Source: an uncultured virus (IMG/VR IMGVR_UViG_3300003364_000021) (Duplodnaviria > Heunggongvirae > Uroviricota > Caudoviricetes). Taken from it: a stretch of 64,000 bases of DNA. This document shows, in pieces, positions 55,989-64,000 of this stretch. Both the position numbers and the translations under genes were made by a program. The stretch lies in the IMG/VR virus record IMGVR_UViG_3300003364_000021, positions 1 to 64,000 of that record. The stretch is one strand, 5' to 3'. Each line of letters starts with the position of its first letter. Position 1 is the first letter of the stretch. The notes beneath the pieces are model-generated. The model was not told where the DNA came from, searched no databases, and saw only the letters and a program-made list of their open reading frames with translations.

Positions 55989-56359
55989 GCGCGCTGGACA
56001 CCGCCCGCGAGTTCTGGGGCGAGGCCTTGCCCGACTGGGTGGCCGCTCTGGCCGAGGCCTGCGACCGGGATAGCCAGAACAAGGTGGCGCGGCGGATGGA
56101 GCGCAGTGCGTCGCTGGTCTCGAGCATCCTGCGCAACCGCTATCAGGCGGATACGAGCCTCGTTGAGGATCTCGTGCGCGGGCATTTCATGAAGGCGACC
56201 GTTGCCTGCCCCGTCCAGGGCGAAATCGGGCTACAGGTCTGCCGCAAATGGCGCGGCAAGGCGCGTCATTTCGAGAACGTCAACTCGCAGACCGTCACTA
56301 TGTACCGCGCCTGCAACCGGTGCCCGGTCCACATGGGGGACGACGATGCAGAAGCATAG
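55985..56359 (+). CDS. HTH plus Cys-cluster phage protein
   Basis: Homolog of 16986. Confidence 0.7.
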   Translation: MSALDTAREFWGEALPDWVAALAEACDRDSQNKVARRMERSASLVSSILRNRYQADTSLVEDLVRGHFMKATVACPVQGEIGLQVCRKWRGKARHFENVNSQTVTMYRACNRCPVHMGDDDAEA

Positions 56360-56693
56360 CCTCCTTCTTCCGGCGATGCTGGACATGGCGCGGCGTGGCA
56401 AGCGCCCCTGCGAGATCGCCGAGTTGACCGGCATGTCCCCCAATGCCGTCTCGTGTCGACTGAGCTACTGGCGCAAGCGCGGCGTGAACGTGGCACCCGC
56501 CCGTTCCGGCCCCCTGCCCGCACGCCGCAAGATTTGCGCCACGGGCGTGGCCGAGGATTTGCGCGACCTGCTCAAGGTGCACGCCGATCTGCGCGGCGTG
56601 ACCGTGGGCGTGCTGGCGCGCGACATCCTCGACCGCGCCGCACGCGACAATCTGATCGACGCCGTTCTCGACGACAAGGAGACCGACGCATGA
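56346..56693 (+). CDS. HTH-containing hypothetical protein
   Basis: Diverged homolog of 17347; shared RDNLIDA.LDDKETDA end. Confidence 0.65.
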   Translation: MQKHSLLLPAMLDMARRGKRPCEIAELTGMSPNAVSCRLSYWRKRGVNVAPARSGPLPARRKICATGVAEDLRDLLKVHADLRGVTVGVLARDILDRAARDNLIDAVLDDKETDA

Positions 56694-56890
56694 ACGCCCC
56701 CGAACTCAACCGCTGGAGCCCCGACGAGATGCTGCGCCTTGCAGCCTCGGGAGTGGCCAAGGTGGACCTGCTTGGCCCGCGCGGCAGTACGCTCTGCTCG
56801 ATGGACGAGATCGCCGCCATGGCCGCCGTCTGCGCGCTCCACGGCGTGGGTCCAAGCCTCCTTTCAACACCCCCTTCAACAGGAGAGTAA
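56690..56890 (+). CDS. Phage hypothetical protein
   Basis: Homolog of 17694. Confidence 0.6.
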   Translation: MNAPELNRWSPDEMLRLAASGVAKVDLLGPRGSTLCSMDEIAAMAAVCALHGVGPSLLSTPPSTGE

Positions 56891-56891
56891 A

Positions 56892-57542
56892 ATGTCTGAA
56901 TTCACCCCCCGCCCGGTGCCGTCGGGCATCATCGAGGAGAACGGCCGCCGCAAGATGGTCGACGCCAAGGGCCGCGAGGTGCCGCTCGATCTCGTGCGCG
57001 CGCAAGACCAGCTGATGGATGAGCAGGTGCGCAAGATCGCCGGATATGCGCTGGCGCTGAGTGACCAGCTCAAGCGCTTCAAGGAGCACACCTTCGACGA
57101 CATCTCGGACTTCGAGGCGATCCTCGCGCAAGAGTACGATACGACCGTGGGCGGGGCCAAAGGCAACAAGACGCTGTCCACCTATGACGGGCTCTATCAG
57201 GTGCAGGTGCAGGTACAGGACCGCGTTGACTTCGGCCCCGAGTTGCAGATCGCCAAGGGCCTGATCGACGAATGCCTCAATGAGTGGGCCGCCGACAGCC
57301 GCCCGGAAATTCAGGCCATCGTGACGCGCGCCTTCAACACCGACAAGGAAGGCCAGATCAACCGCGCCGAGATCTTCATGCTGCTGCGCCTCGACATCGC
57401 CGATGCCCGCTGGAACCGGGCGATGGACGCCATCCGCGACGCCATGCGCGTGGTTGGCAAGGCCACCTATGTGCGCGTGAAGCACCGCCCCAACACCGAA
57501 GCGCCATGGCAGACCGTGGTTCTCGATCTGGCGAAGGTGTGA
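56892..57542 (+). CDS. DUF3164-like Mu-phage protein
   Basis: Homolog of 17896. Confidence 0.8.
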   Translation: MSEFTPRPVPSGIIEENGRRKMVDAKGREVPLDLVRAQDQLMDEQVRKIAGYALALSDQLKRFKEHTFDDISDFEAILAQEYDTTVGGAKGNKTLSTYDGLYQVQVQVQDRVDFGPELQIAKGLIDECLNEWAADSRPEIQAIVTRAFNTDKEGQINRAEIFMLLRLDIADARWNRAMDAIRDAMRVVGKATYVRVKHRPNTEAPWQTVVLDLAKV

Positions 57543-57546
57543 GGGT

Positions 57547-57735
57547 ATGAGCGCCGTTCTAATCATTGTGGCTGGGGTCGTCTTTCATCTGCTGGCGCTG
57601 ATGGTCGCCGCATTGTGCGGCCAGCAGCTTGACAAGGGCGAGTTAGATAAGGCGAAGGCGACCTCCATTGCCGCGCCATTTTTCAGCCTGCTGGGCACGG
57701 CACTCGTCGTCTTGGCTCTTCAGTCGAGGTTCTGA
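57547..57735 (+). CDS. Small two-TM membrane protein
   Basis: Two hydrophobic segments; GAGGG RBS. Confidence 0.5.
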   Translation: MSAVLIIVAGVVFHLLALMVAALCGQQLDKGELDKAKATSIAAPFFSLLGTALVVLALQSRF

Positions 57736-57738
57736 GAG

Positions 57739-57978
57739 ATGGACGACACCGTCAACAAGCTGCTTGCGGCAGCGGAACAAACCTCCAGCGCGTCCTTCGA
57801 TTTGATCGAGGCCGCGCGCGAGGGCAAGATTTGCCCGGTCGGGAATATCAGGGGCGGCGACACCCTCGCGATTTTGGCCGACGCGATGCGGCTCCTGATC
57901 GAGGTGATGCCCGGCGAGGATGAAGACCGCGACCAGTTGCTCGGCGCGGTCACCCGTTACTTGGAGAGTTCGCTATGA
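57739..57978 (+). CDS. Hypothetical protein
   Basis: ORF in operon. Confidence 0.55.
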   Translation: MDDTVNKLLAAAEQTSSASFDLIEAAREGKICPVGNIRGGDTLAILADAMRLLIEVMPGEDEDRDQLLGAVTRYLESSL

Positions 57979-58181
57979 GCCGTCCGAGCTATGAGCCTTT
58001 TACCGAGGAATGCCGCAACCCGGGCAGGGACGACAATTGGACCTGCCCGGGTTGCTATCACGATTTGGGAGACGTCAGCTGGGGCACCCATACCTGCCCT
58101 GAGTGCGAGCGCCGGATCGTGTGTTCAATCGAGGTGGAACCGGTCTGCGTCGCGACGTTGGCCAGCACAATAGAGGAATGA
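57975..58181 (+). CDS. Zn-ribbon hypothetical protein
   Basis: CPGC...CPEC. Confidence 0.55.
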   Translation: MSRPSYEPFTEECRNPGRDDNWTCPGCYHDLGDVSWGTHTCPECERRIVCSIEVEPVCVATLASTIEE

Positions 58182-58184
58182 GCA

Positions 58185-58445
58185 ATGACTTCTCAGGATG
58201 ATAACTATCGGGTGACTGCAGAAGAGCTGCGCCAGTTCATCGAACGGTGGGAGCAGCTTGAATCTGAGAAGAAGGACCTCACGGAGCATCAAAAGGAGCT
58301 GATGGCAGAGGCCAAAGGGCGCGGTTACGACACCGCCGTGATGCGCAAGATCATCGCCCTGCGCAAGCGTGACATCAACGACGTCGCCGAGGAACAGGCG
58401 GTTCTCGAGATGTACGCGCAAGCGCTCGGGATGACACTGGCATGA
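58185..58445 (+). CDS. gapR: GapR-like (DUF2312) nucleoid-associated protein
   Basis: ELRQFIER.EQLE.EKK...AEAKGRGYD...RKIIALRK...LEMY..ALGM. Confidence 0.88.
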   Translation: MTSQDDNYRVTAEELRQFIERWEQLESEKKDLTEHQKELMAEAKGRGYDTAVMRKIIALRKRDINDVAEEQAVLEMYAQALGMTLA

Positions 58446-58894
58446 ACCGCGCGCTGCAACAGCTGATCTTCGTGGCCTGCCGCCAGTTGGGCCTCGACGA
58501 CGAAGCCCGCCGCGACTTGCAGGTCAGCGTCACCGGCAAGGCGTCTTTGCGCGACATGAACGACGGCGAGTTGAAGCTGATCGTCAACCGGCTGAAGCAG
58601 GCCGGGTTCGAGGATCGTCCCCGCAACCCGCGCCACAAGCCCGCACCGCGTGCCGATCTGCGCATGATCCACGTCCTCTGGCGCAAGCTCGGACAGTCCG
58701 GCGCGCTGCGCGACCCCTCCCGCGCCGGGCTCAACAAGTTCATCCGGGCGCGGTTCGGGAGCGTCTGGGGATCGGTCCCGGCTGATGTCGACATGCTGCG
58801 CGCGTGGGAACAGATCGACGCCGTCATTCAGGCCCTCAAAACGTGGGGCCAGCGGCAGAACATCGACTTCGATTGGGAGGACCACCGCCGGTGA
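58442..58894 (+). CDS. gemA: GemA (DUF1018) regulatory protein
   Basis: Homolog of 18551. Confidence 0.85.
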   Translation: MNRALQQLIFVACRQLGLDDEARRDLQVSVTGKASLRDMNDGELKLIVNRLKQAGFEDRPRNPRHKPAPRADLRMIHVLWRKLGQSGALRDPSRAGLNKFIRARFGSVWGSVPADVDMLRAWEQIDAVIQALKTWGQRQNIDFDWEDHRR

Positions 58895-59142
58895 AAAAGC
58901 CACGCCACCCCGCCTCTGTCCATGCCGTGATCCGCTATCTCGAGCGGGTCAAAGGCGTGGATATCGACGCGCTCCGCCGCGAGATCGGGCGCGTTGTGGA
59001 GGAGGGCCTCGAGGCCGGTGCCTGCGGCGTGATCAGTGGCGGGTTCGTCTACAGGATCGAGGGCGGTTGCGTTGTGACCGTCACACGGCAGAACACGCCG
59101 CCTCCGGGGCGGCGGCGCAGGAAGGTGCCCCATGGAGAATGA
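58891..59142 (+). CDS. Phage hypothetical protein
   Basis: Homolog of 19000. Confidence 0.7.
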   Translation: MKKPRHPASVHAVIRYLERVKGVDIDALRREIGRVVEEGLEAGACGVISGGFVYRIEGGCVVTVTRQNTPPPGRRRRKVPHGE

Positions 59143-59521
59143 ACCTCTCTGGGTCGACGAGATGCGCGCCGATCTGGGCGATGCCCCGGTCGAGCGTTTC
59201 TTGCTCCGTGCAGGCGGCATGCGCCTCTATGTGCCCGGGACGCCAAAGACCAAAAGCCAGCTGACGGCGCTCGGAGGGCCGGATATTGCCAGATGGATTT
59301 CCGACCGCTACGCTGGTGACTACGTGGACGTGCCCTCCATCCGGGCGCAGACCCGAGACGGTCTGAGACAGGCCCTGCGCGACGCCCCGGACACGCCGGT
59401 CAATGAACTGGCCAACCGTTTCGGCGTGACCGCCCGCCGTGTTTTGCAGGTCAAGGCGGAGTTGGCACAGGAGGAAGAGCCCCCTCTTCTGGCCGTCATG
59501 CGAAGGGCTTCATCTGAATAA
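59132..59521 (+). CDS. Mor/C-like transcription activator
   Basis: Homolog of 19241. Confidence 0.75.
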   Translation: MENEPLWVDEMRADLGDAPVERFLLRAGGMRLYVPGTPKTKSQLTALGGPDIARWISDRYAGDYVDVPSIRAQTRDGLRQALRDAPDTPVNELANRFGVTARRVLQVKAELAQEEEPPLLAVMRRASSE

Positions 59522-59562
59522 GCAGCGGCACCCCCTTTATCCTGACGGGAAAGGGGGCACCC

Positions 59563-60174
59563 ATGCAAACAGTCCGAACCATTGCCGAAGAGATTGTCGC
59601 CCGTGAGGGCGGCTATGTGAATGACCCCGCCGACCCCGGCGGGGCGACCAATTTTGGCGTCACGATCCACACCATGCGCAGCCTCGGCCTTGATCTCGAC
59701 CGGGACGGCGACGTGGACGTGGCCGATGTGCGCCTCATGACCCACGCCCGCGCCGTCGATATCTTCATCGAGCATTACTTCGTGCGGCCGCGCATCGCGG
59801 ACCTTCCCGAAGTGCTGCACGCAAGCGTCTTCGACATGCAGGTCAATGCCGGGTCCAACGCCGTGAAAATCCTGCAGCGCCTTGCAACGGAGATGGGCTT
59901 TGCGGCGACGGCGGATGGCGCAATCGGTCCGGCCACCCTGCGCGCGGTGCGCGCCGCTCATGACGCGGCCCCAGATCACATCGCAGACGCCTACGCTGTC
60001 GCGCGGCGCAATTACTATTTCCGCCTCGCCGATGCGCGGCCCGCAAGCCGCAAGTTCGCGCGCTCCCGCGCTGGCGGCAAAGGCGGCTGGATCAGGCGCG
60101 CCGAGGAATTCATGTCGGCGCGCTACCGGATGACGGACGCGCAATTCAAGCAAAGGACAGCATCATGGGGTTAA
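59563..60174 (+). CDS. Glycosyl hydrolase 108 endolysin
   Basis: EGGYVNDPADPGGATNFG. Confidence 0.92.
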   Translation: MQTVRTIAEEIVAREGGYVNDPADPGGATNFGVTIHTMRSLGLDLDRDGDVDVADVRLMTHARAVDIFIEHYFVRPRIADLPEVLHASVFDMQVNAGSNAVKILQRLATEMGFAATADGAIGPATLRAVRAAHDAAPDHIADAYAVARRNYYFRLADARPASRKFARSRAGGKGGWIRRAEEFMSARYRMTDAQFKQRTASWG

Positions 60175-60737
60175 TCCGATTTCTGGGCGCGCTGTTTGGC
60201 GGCGGCCGCAATGTCATCGCCGAGACGGCAGAAGTTTTTAGGCCCAATGCCGAAAAGGCGGACGCAAGGGAGGCGTCGTTTCAGCAGGCGGCGCTGAGCC
60301 AGATGGCGGCCGAGTTCACCGGCGGACAAGGCGCGTGGGGCCAGTTTGTAGACGGTCTGAACCGCCTGCCGCGCCCGGCCATGGCCTTTGGCTGCATTTT
60401 TCTCTTCTGGTCTGCCATGTCGGACCCGATCTGGTTTGCGGAGCGGATGACCGGCCTCGCCCTTGTGCCCGAACCGCTCTGGGCGCTGATGGGGGCCATT
60501 GTTGCCTTCTACTTCGGCGCGCGCGAGCTTCACAAGTTCCGGGGTGTCTCGATGCAGAAGGAAGCCGCCAGGATCATCACGCAGGCACCTAAGGTGGCGA
60601 GCAACATCGCCCAATTGCGGGCGCTGCGTCACGATAGTCCTGGAGCAGCCGATACCGGTCCAGATGCTGAAGTCGCGTTGGCTTCAATCGAAGTGACGGA
60701 CAATCCGGCAATTGATGACTGGAAGCGCGCGGCATGA
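60165..60737 (+). CDS. Holin (3TM)
   Basis: Homolog of 20275. Confidence 0.8.
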   Translation: MGLIRFLGALFGGGRNVIAETAEVFRPNAEKADAREASFQQAALSQMAAEFTGGQGAWGQFVDGLNRLPRPAMAFGCIFLFWSAMSDPIWFAERMTGLALVPEPLWALMGAIVAFYFGARELHKFRGVSMQKEAARIITQAPKVASNIAQLRALRHDSPGAADTGPDAEVALASIEVTDNPAIDDWKRAA

Positions 60738-61078
60738 TGGATTGGGATATCTTCTGGAAGGCGACCGGCGTCATTTTCCCGATGCTGGTAGCTTTCTACA
60801 CCTTCGTCGCCACGCGCCGCAAAGATCTCGACAAGGACCTGAAGGACGGGCGCGACCGCATGGACAGGCACGAAAGCCGGATCTCGCGGATTGAGCAGAC
60901 GATCTCCAGCATGCCGGGCCGGGATGACATGCACGCGCTGCAGCTCGAACTGGTCAAGCAGACCGGAGCAATGGAGAAAATGGCAGCCGTGATGGAAGGC
61001 AACGCAAAAATCACTGAGCGGCTGGAGATCATCGTCACACGCCACGAACAACACCTGCTCGATGGAGGCAAGAAGTGA
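60734..61078 (+). CDS. DUF2730-like protein
   Basis: Homolog of 20844. Confidence 0.7.
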   Translation: MMDWDIFWKATGVIFPMLVAFYTFVATRRKDLDKDLKDGRDRMDRHESRISRIEQTISSMPGRDDMHALQLELVKQTGAMEKMAAVMEGNAKITERLEIIVTRHEQHLLDGGKK

Positions 61079-61377
61079 GCGATTATCAGACAACCCTCCG
61101 CAAGCACCGCCGTCTGGCGATCCTGCGGCATCTCGAGCAGGTCTCGGGCTACACCGCCAACGCCTCGATCCTGCGCGACGTCCTGAACGGCGTGGGTGTC
61201 GGTTCCACCTTCGACCAGGTCACGACTGAGCTGGCCTGGCTGCAGGAAGTCGGCATGGTGACGATGATCGATCACGGCGACTTTGTCATTGCCGAGGCGA
61301 CCCGGCGCGGCATCGAGGTTGCGCGCGGTGAGGCGCCGCATCCGGACGTTCAGCGCCCAAGCGCGCGGAGGCTCTGA
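61075..61377 (+). CDS. Mu gp26-like protein
   Basis: Homolog of 21185. Confidence 0.75.
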   Translation: MSDYQTTLRKHRRLAILRHLEQVSGYTANASILRDVLNGVGVGSTFDQVTTELAWLQEVGMVTMIDHGDFVIAEATRRGIEVARGEAPHPDVQRPSARRL

Positions 61378-61378
61378 C

Positions 61379-61951
61379 ATGCCCCCGCCTCGCAAGGTCG
61401 AACTCTTGCCGCCGGAGCTACGCGCGCGGCTCCACGGCTGGTGGAAGGAAAAGGGCTTTCACGGCTACGAGGAGCTGACGGATGAGCTCAATTTCTGGCT
61501 GGAGGAAGAAGGCCTCGAGCTGCGCATCGGCAAGAGCGCCCTGCATGCCTACGGGCAGGAGTACGAGCAGTTCGTCAAGCTCCAGGACGAAGCCGGAGCC
61601 TGGGCACAACAATGGCTGGCCGACAATGACCTATCGGAAGAGGCCGACCGCCACCGCGTCCTCTTCCAGATGATGACCAGCGTCGCCTTCAAGGTGCTCA
61701 AATCGCAGATGGGCAAGGAGGGCGAGGACATCGACCCGCGCGAGCTGCATTTCCTCGGCAAGATGATGAAGGACATCATGTCGAGCGCCGGGATCCGCGA
61801 GCAGCTCTTGGTCAAGGAACGCGCCCGCATCGCCGCCGAGGAGCGGGCGAACGCCGTCGAGGCGCTGGACAGCGCCCGCGATGAGCTGGGGCTCTCGAGC
61901 GACGTCATCGGCAAGCTGCGCCGGGAGTTTCTGGGGGTGCGCGGTGGATGA
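61379..61951 (+). CDS. DUF3486 / gp27-like small terminase subunit
   Basis: Homolog of 21489. Confidence 0.8.
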   Translation: MPPPRKVELLPPELRARLHGWWKEKGFHGYEELTDELNFWLEEEGLELRIGKSALHAYGQEYEQFVKLQDEAGAWAQQWLADNDLSEEADRHRVLFQMMTSVAFKVLKSQMGKEGEDIDPRELHFLGKMMKDIMSSAGIREQLLVKERARIAAEERANAVEALDSARDELGLSSDVIGKLRREFLGVRGG

Positions 61952-62183
61952 ATTGATACCGACAGCACTGGATGACCTCGCGGGAATACCGAACAAGGAT
62001 CTGTCGACCGGTGGGAAAGTGATGGTGGGTGACCACAACTGGCGTCGCGCCCCATTGTCCCACCGCGTGCGAATATTTCTGTTCGGGCGCAGGGAGCGCA
62101 TCACGCATCTGGGCGTGCACTGCACCATCGCGTGGTGGCGGGAGCAGCCCTATCTGATCTGGATTGCCGAGGCGCGTCCATGA
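61944..62183 (+). CDS. Hypothetical protein
   Basis: GTG start overlapping upstream gene end. Confidence 0.5.
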   Translation: MDELIPTALDDLAGIPNKDLSTGGKVMVGDHNWRRAPLSHRVRIFLFGRRERITHLGVHCTIAWWREQPYLIWIAEARP

Positions 62184-62476
62184 TCCGCGCCATTGAATTC
62201 CCCAACCCGGCTGAGTTCCGCCGCCAAAAACTGCCGGGCAGTTTCCACATCGATCTGACCCAAGGCGGCCCGGACGGCGCGGCCCTCTGGTTTTACTGCC
62301 CCTGCGGCTGCGACGGTCCGTCCCGGATCATTATCGGCCTGCGCGGCAAGCCCGCGTCTACCCCGAGCTGGGATTGGAACGGGTCCATGTCCGAGCCGAC
62401 GCTCACGCCGTCGGTCAATCAACTGCGTTGCGGCTGGCACGGCTGGCTGCGCGACGGCTACTGGGAGGTTGCATAA
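62180..62476 (+). CDS. DUF6527-like Cys/His protein
   Basis: FYCPCGC...WDWNGS...PTLTPSV...C.WHGWL.DG. Confidence 0.7.
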   Translation: MIRAIEFPNPAEFRRQKLPGSFHIDLTQGGPDGAALWFYCPCGCDGPSRIIIGLRGKPASTPSWDWNGSMSEPTLTPSVNQLRCGWHGWLRDGYWEVA

Positions 62477-62766
62477 TGTCTGAACTGGTTTTCATCTGGG
62501 CTGTTTATCTGCTGGCGCAATTCGCCGACGTGGCGTCCACGCGCGCCGCCCTGCGCGGCGGGCTGGTCGAGGCCAACCCGCTCATGGCCCGCCTCATGGG
62601 CCTGACGGGCAATTGGTGGGCCGTCAAGCTCGGCGTGGCACTCGCTGCTGGCATTCTGCTGACGTGGCTGGGTCAAGAGCGCTGGATCATGCTGCTCGCC
62701 GCGATCACCGGCGGCGTGGCCGTGAACAACTGGCGGCTGGTCCGCAAGCATCGGGAGCGGCGCTGA
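62476..62766 (+). CDS. DUF5658-like membrane protein
   Basis: D..ST..AL..G..EANPLM plus TM segments. Confidence 0.65.
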   Translation: MSELVFIWAVYLLAQFADVASTRAALRGGLVEANPLMARLMGLTGNWWAVKLGVALAAGILLTWLGQERWIMLLAAITGGVAVNNWRLVRKHRERR

Positions 62767-63038
62767 TGGCCACACCCGCCCAAATCGCCAACGACATGGC
62801 CGCGCATGCCAAATACTGGGCCGGGCGTGATTGTAACATAGAGCGCGTTTGCCGCGACGCGGCGTGGGTGATCCGTTCGATGCTGGAGGGACCAAAGGTA
62901 GACGGCCGCACGTACGGCGGCGTTCATCGGCGGCTCTTGAGATTGGAAATGGGTCCGGGCTGGAGGGTCAAAGGCTATCCGGACCTTGTCCGTGCAAGGC
63001 TTTGTATAGAACGCCTGCGCCGGGAGGCGCGTTGTTGA
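62766..63038 (+). CDS. Hypothetical protein
   Basis: TGATG-coupled ORF. Confidence 0.55.
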   Translation: MATPAQIANDMAAHAKYWAGRDCNIERVCRDAAWVIRSMLEGPKVDGRTYGGVHRRLLRLEMGPGWRVKGYPDLVRARLCIERLRREARC

Positions 63039-63232
63039 TGGCCTATCGATGGAAAAGACCGGACGGCAAAACCGGCAGCTGGGTTTCGACGGAGGATGCC
63101 GCAATTCAGGACGCGGTGCAGAAGAAAAGCTCAGGTCCGGGCCTCAAGGTTACGTTCGACCTTACCATTGCTCGGCTGCTCTTCAAATCGCTCGCCCGCA
63201 ACGGTTGGAGTATAGAGGAGGGTAACCCGTGA
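63038..63232 (+). CDS. Hypothetical protein
   Basis: TGATG-coupled ORF. Confidence 0.5.
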   Translation: MAYRWKRPDGKTGSWVSTEDAAIQDAVQKKSSGPGLKVTFDLTIARLLFKSLARNGWSIEEGNP

Positions 63233-64000
63233 CAGCCCCCGTCCTCACCCGCGACCCGGACGCGCTCCCCGAGGAGTTGCCGCGCGGCTCGGAAATCCCC
63301 GAGAGCCTCGATCCGCTGGCCGACGGCATCCTGATGGCGCATCAACGCTCCTGGTTGGCCGACGAGAGCGACCTCAAGGTTTGCGAGAAGGGCCGCCGCA
63401 CCGGCATCACCTTTGCCGAGATGCTGGGCTGTGCGCTCATTGCCGCCGCCGCGCGCGGCGCGGGCGGGCAGAACTGCTTTTACATCGGCGACACCAAGGA
63501 CAAGGGCCGCGAGGCCATTGGCTATGTGGCGCATTTCGCGCGGGTGATTGCCGGGGCGGCCCACCCCATCGAGGAGTTTCTCTTCGAGGATCAACAGCCC
63601 GATGGCACCACCAAGTTCATCAACGCCTACCGGGTGCGCTTTGCCTCCGGGTTCCGGGTTGAGGCGCTGAGTTCCAACCCGGCCAACATCCGGGGTCTTC
63701 AGGGCACCGTGGTGATCGACGAGGCGGCCTTCCACAAGGATGTGCGCGAGGTGATCGACGCCGTCAACGCGATGCTGATCTGGGGCGGCAAGGTCCGGAT
63801 CATCTCGACCCACAACGGCTATCTTAACGCCTTCAACGAACTGATCCGCGAAGCGCGCTCCGGCAAGAACGGCTTCAAGGTGCATCGCTACACCTTCGGC
63901 GATGCCGTCACCAACGGGCTTTATAAGCGCGTCTGCATGATGCAGGGCAAGGTCTGGGGTGCCGCGGCCGAAGCGGACTGGGAGAGCACCATCCGCCGCT
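63229..64000 (+). CDS. Terminase large subunit, 5' part (truncated by window)
   Basis: Near-identical protein to 22055 N-terminal half. Confidence 0.92.
   Translation, partial: MTAPVLTRDPDALPEELPRGSEIPESLDPLADGILMAHQRSWLADESDLKVCEKGRRTGITFAEMLGCALIAAAARGAGGQNCFYIGDTKDKGREAIGYVAHFARVIAGAAHPIEEFLFEDQQPDGTTKFINAYRVRFASGFRVEALSSNPANIRGLQGTVVIDEAAFHKDVREVIDAVNAMLIWGGKVRIISTHNGYLNAFNELIREARSGKNGFKVHRYTFGDAVTNGLYKRVCMMQGKVWGAAAEADWESTIRR

Larger units (their letters stand above)
48618..64000 (+). mobile_element. Mu-like transposable prophage 2 (continues beyond window)
   Basis: TGTAGG left end; repressor to terL collinear with prophage 1 but diverged. Confidence 0.92.

Noticed and set aside
11606..64000. 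Prophages 1 and 2 as an assembly duplication
   Set aside because: Pervasive synonymous and amino-acid differences, different repressors and unique gene inserts.
1..64000. tRNA or rRNA genes
   Set aside because: None recognised by eye; a tRNAscan/Infernal run would be needed to exclude them.

Overview
High-GC alphaproteobacterial (Rhodobacteraceae-like, inferred from gene content) window. After the 3' end of a host methylmalonate-semialdehyde dehydrogenase gene and a few accessory genes lies a head-to-tail stack of Mu-like transposable prophages: (0) a decayed element surviving as a mom-like gene fragment, a fasciclin gene and an intact right end (...CTACA at 3918); (1) an apparently complete siphovirus-type Mu-like prophage, 3924-48612 (TG...CA, 44.7 kb); and (2) a related prophage with a different immunity module, starting at 48618 and running off the window inside its large terminase gene. 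Both junctions read R-end/ACAGT/L-end with the identical 5 bp. This suggests repeated insertion into one target site, which is Tn7-like behaviour and unexpected for Mu-type phages. Prophage 1 carries AT-richer cargo at both ends: a NACHT-pentapeptide protein on the left and an sce7726-sce7725-RES operon on the right, both candidate defence modules. Each is bracketed by the same two degenerate repeat types in the same relative orientation. Other notable points are Com plus an ABC-ATPase/GNAT gene at the mom position, a MuF protein with a C-terminal PBECR-like extension, a -1 frameshift in the tail chaperone, and a GapR homolog in prophage 2. All family calls come from motif recognition and synteny by eye; no database searches were run.
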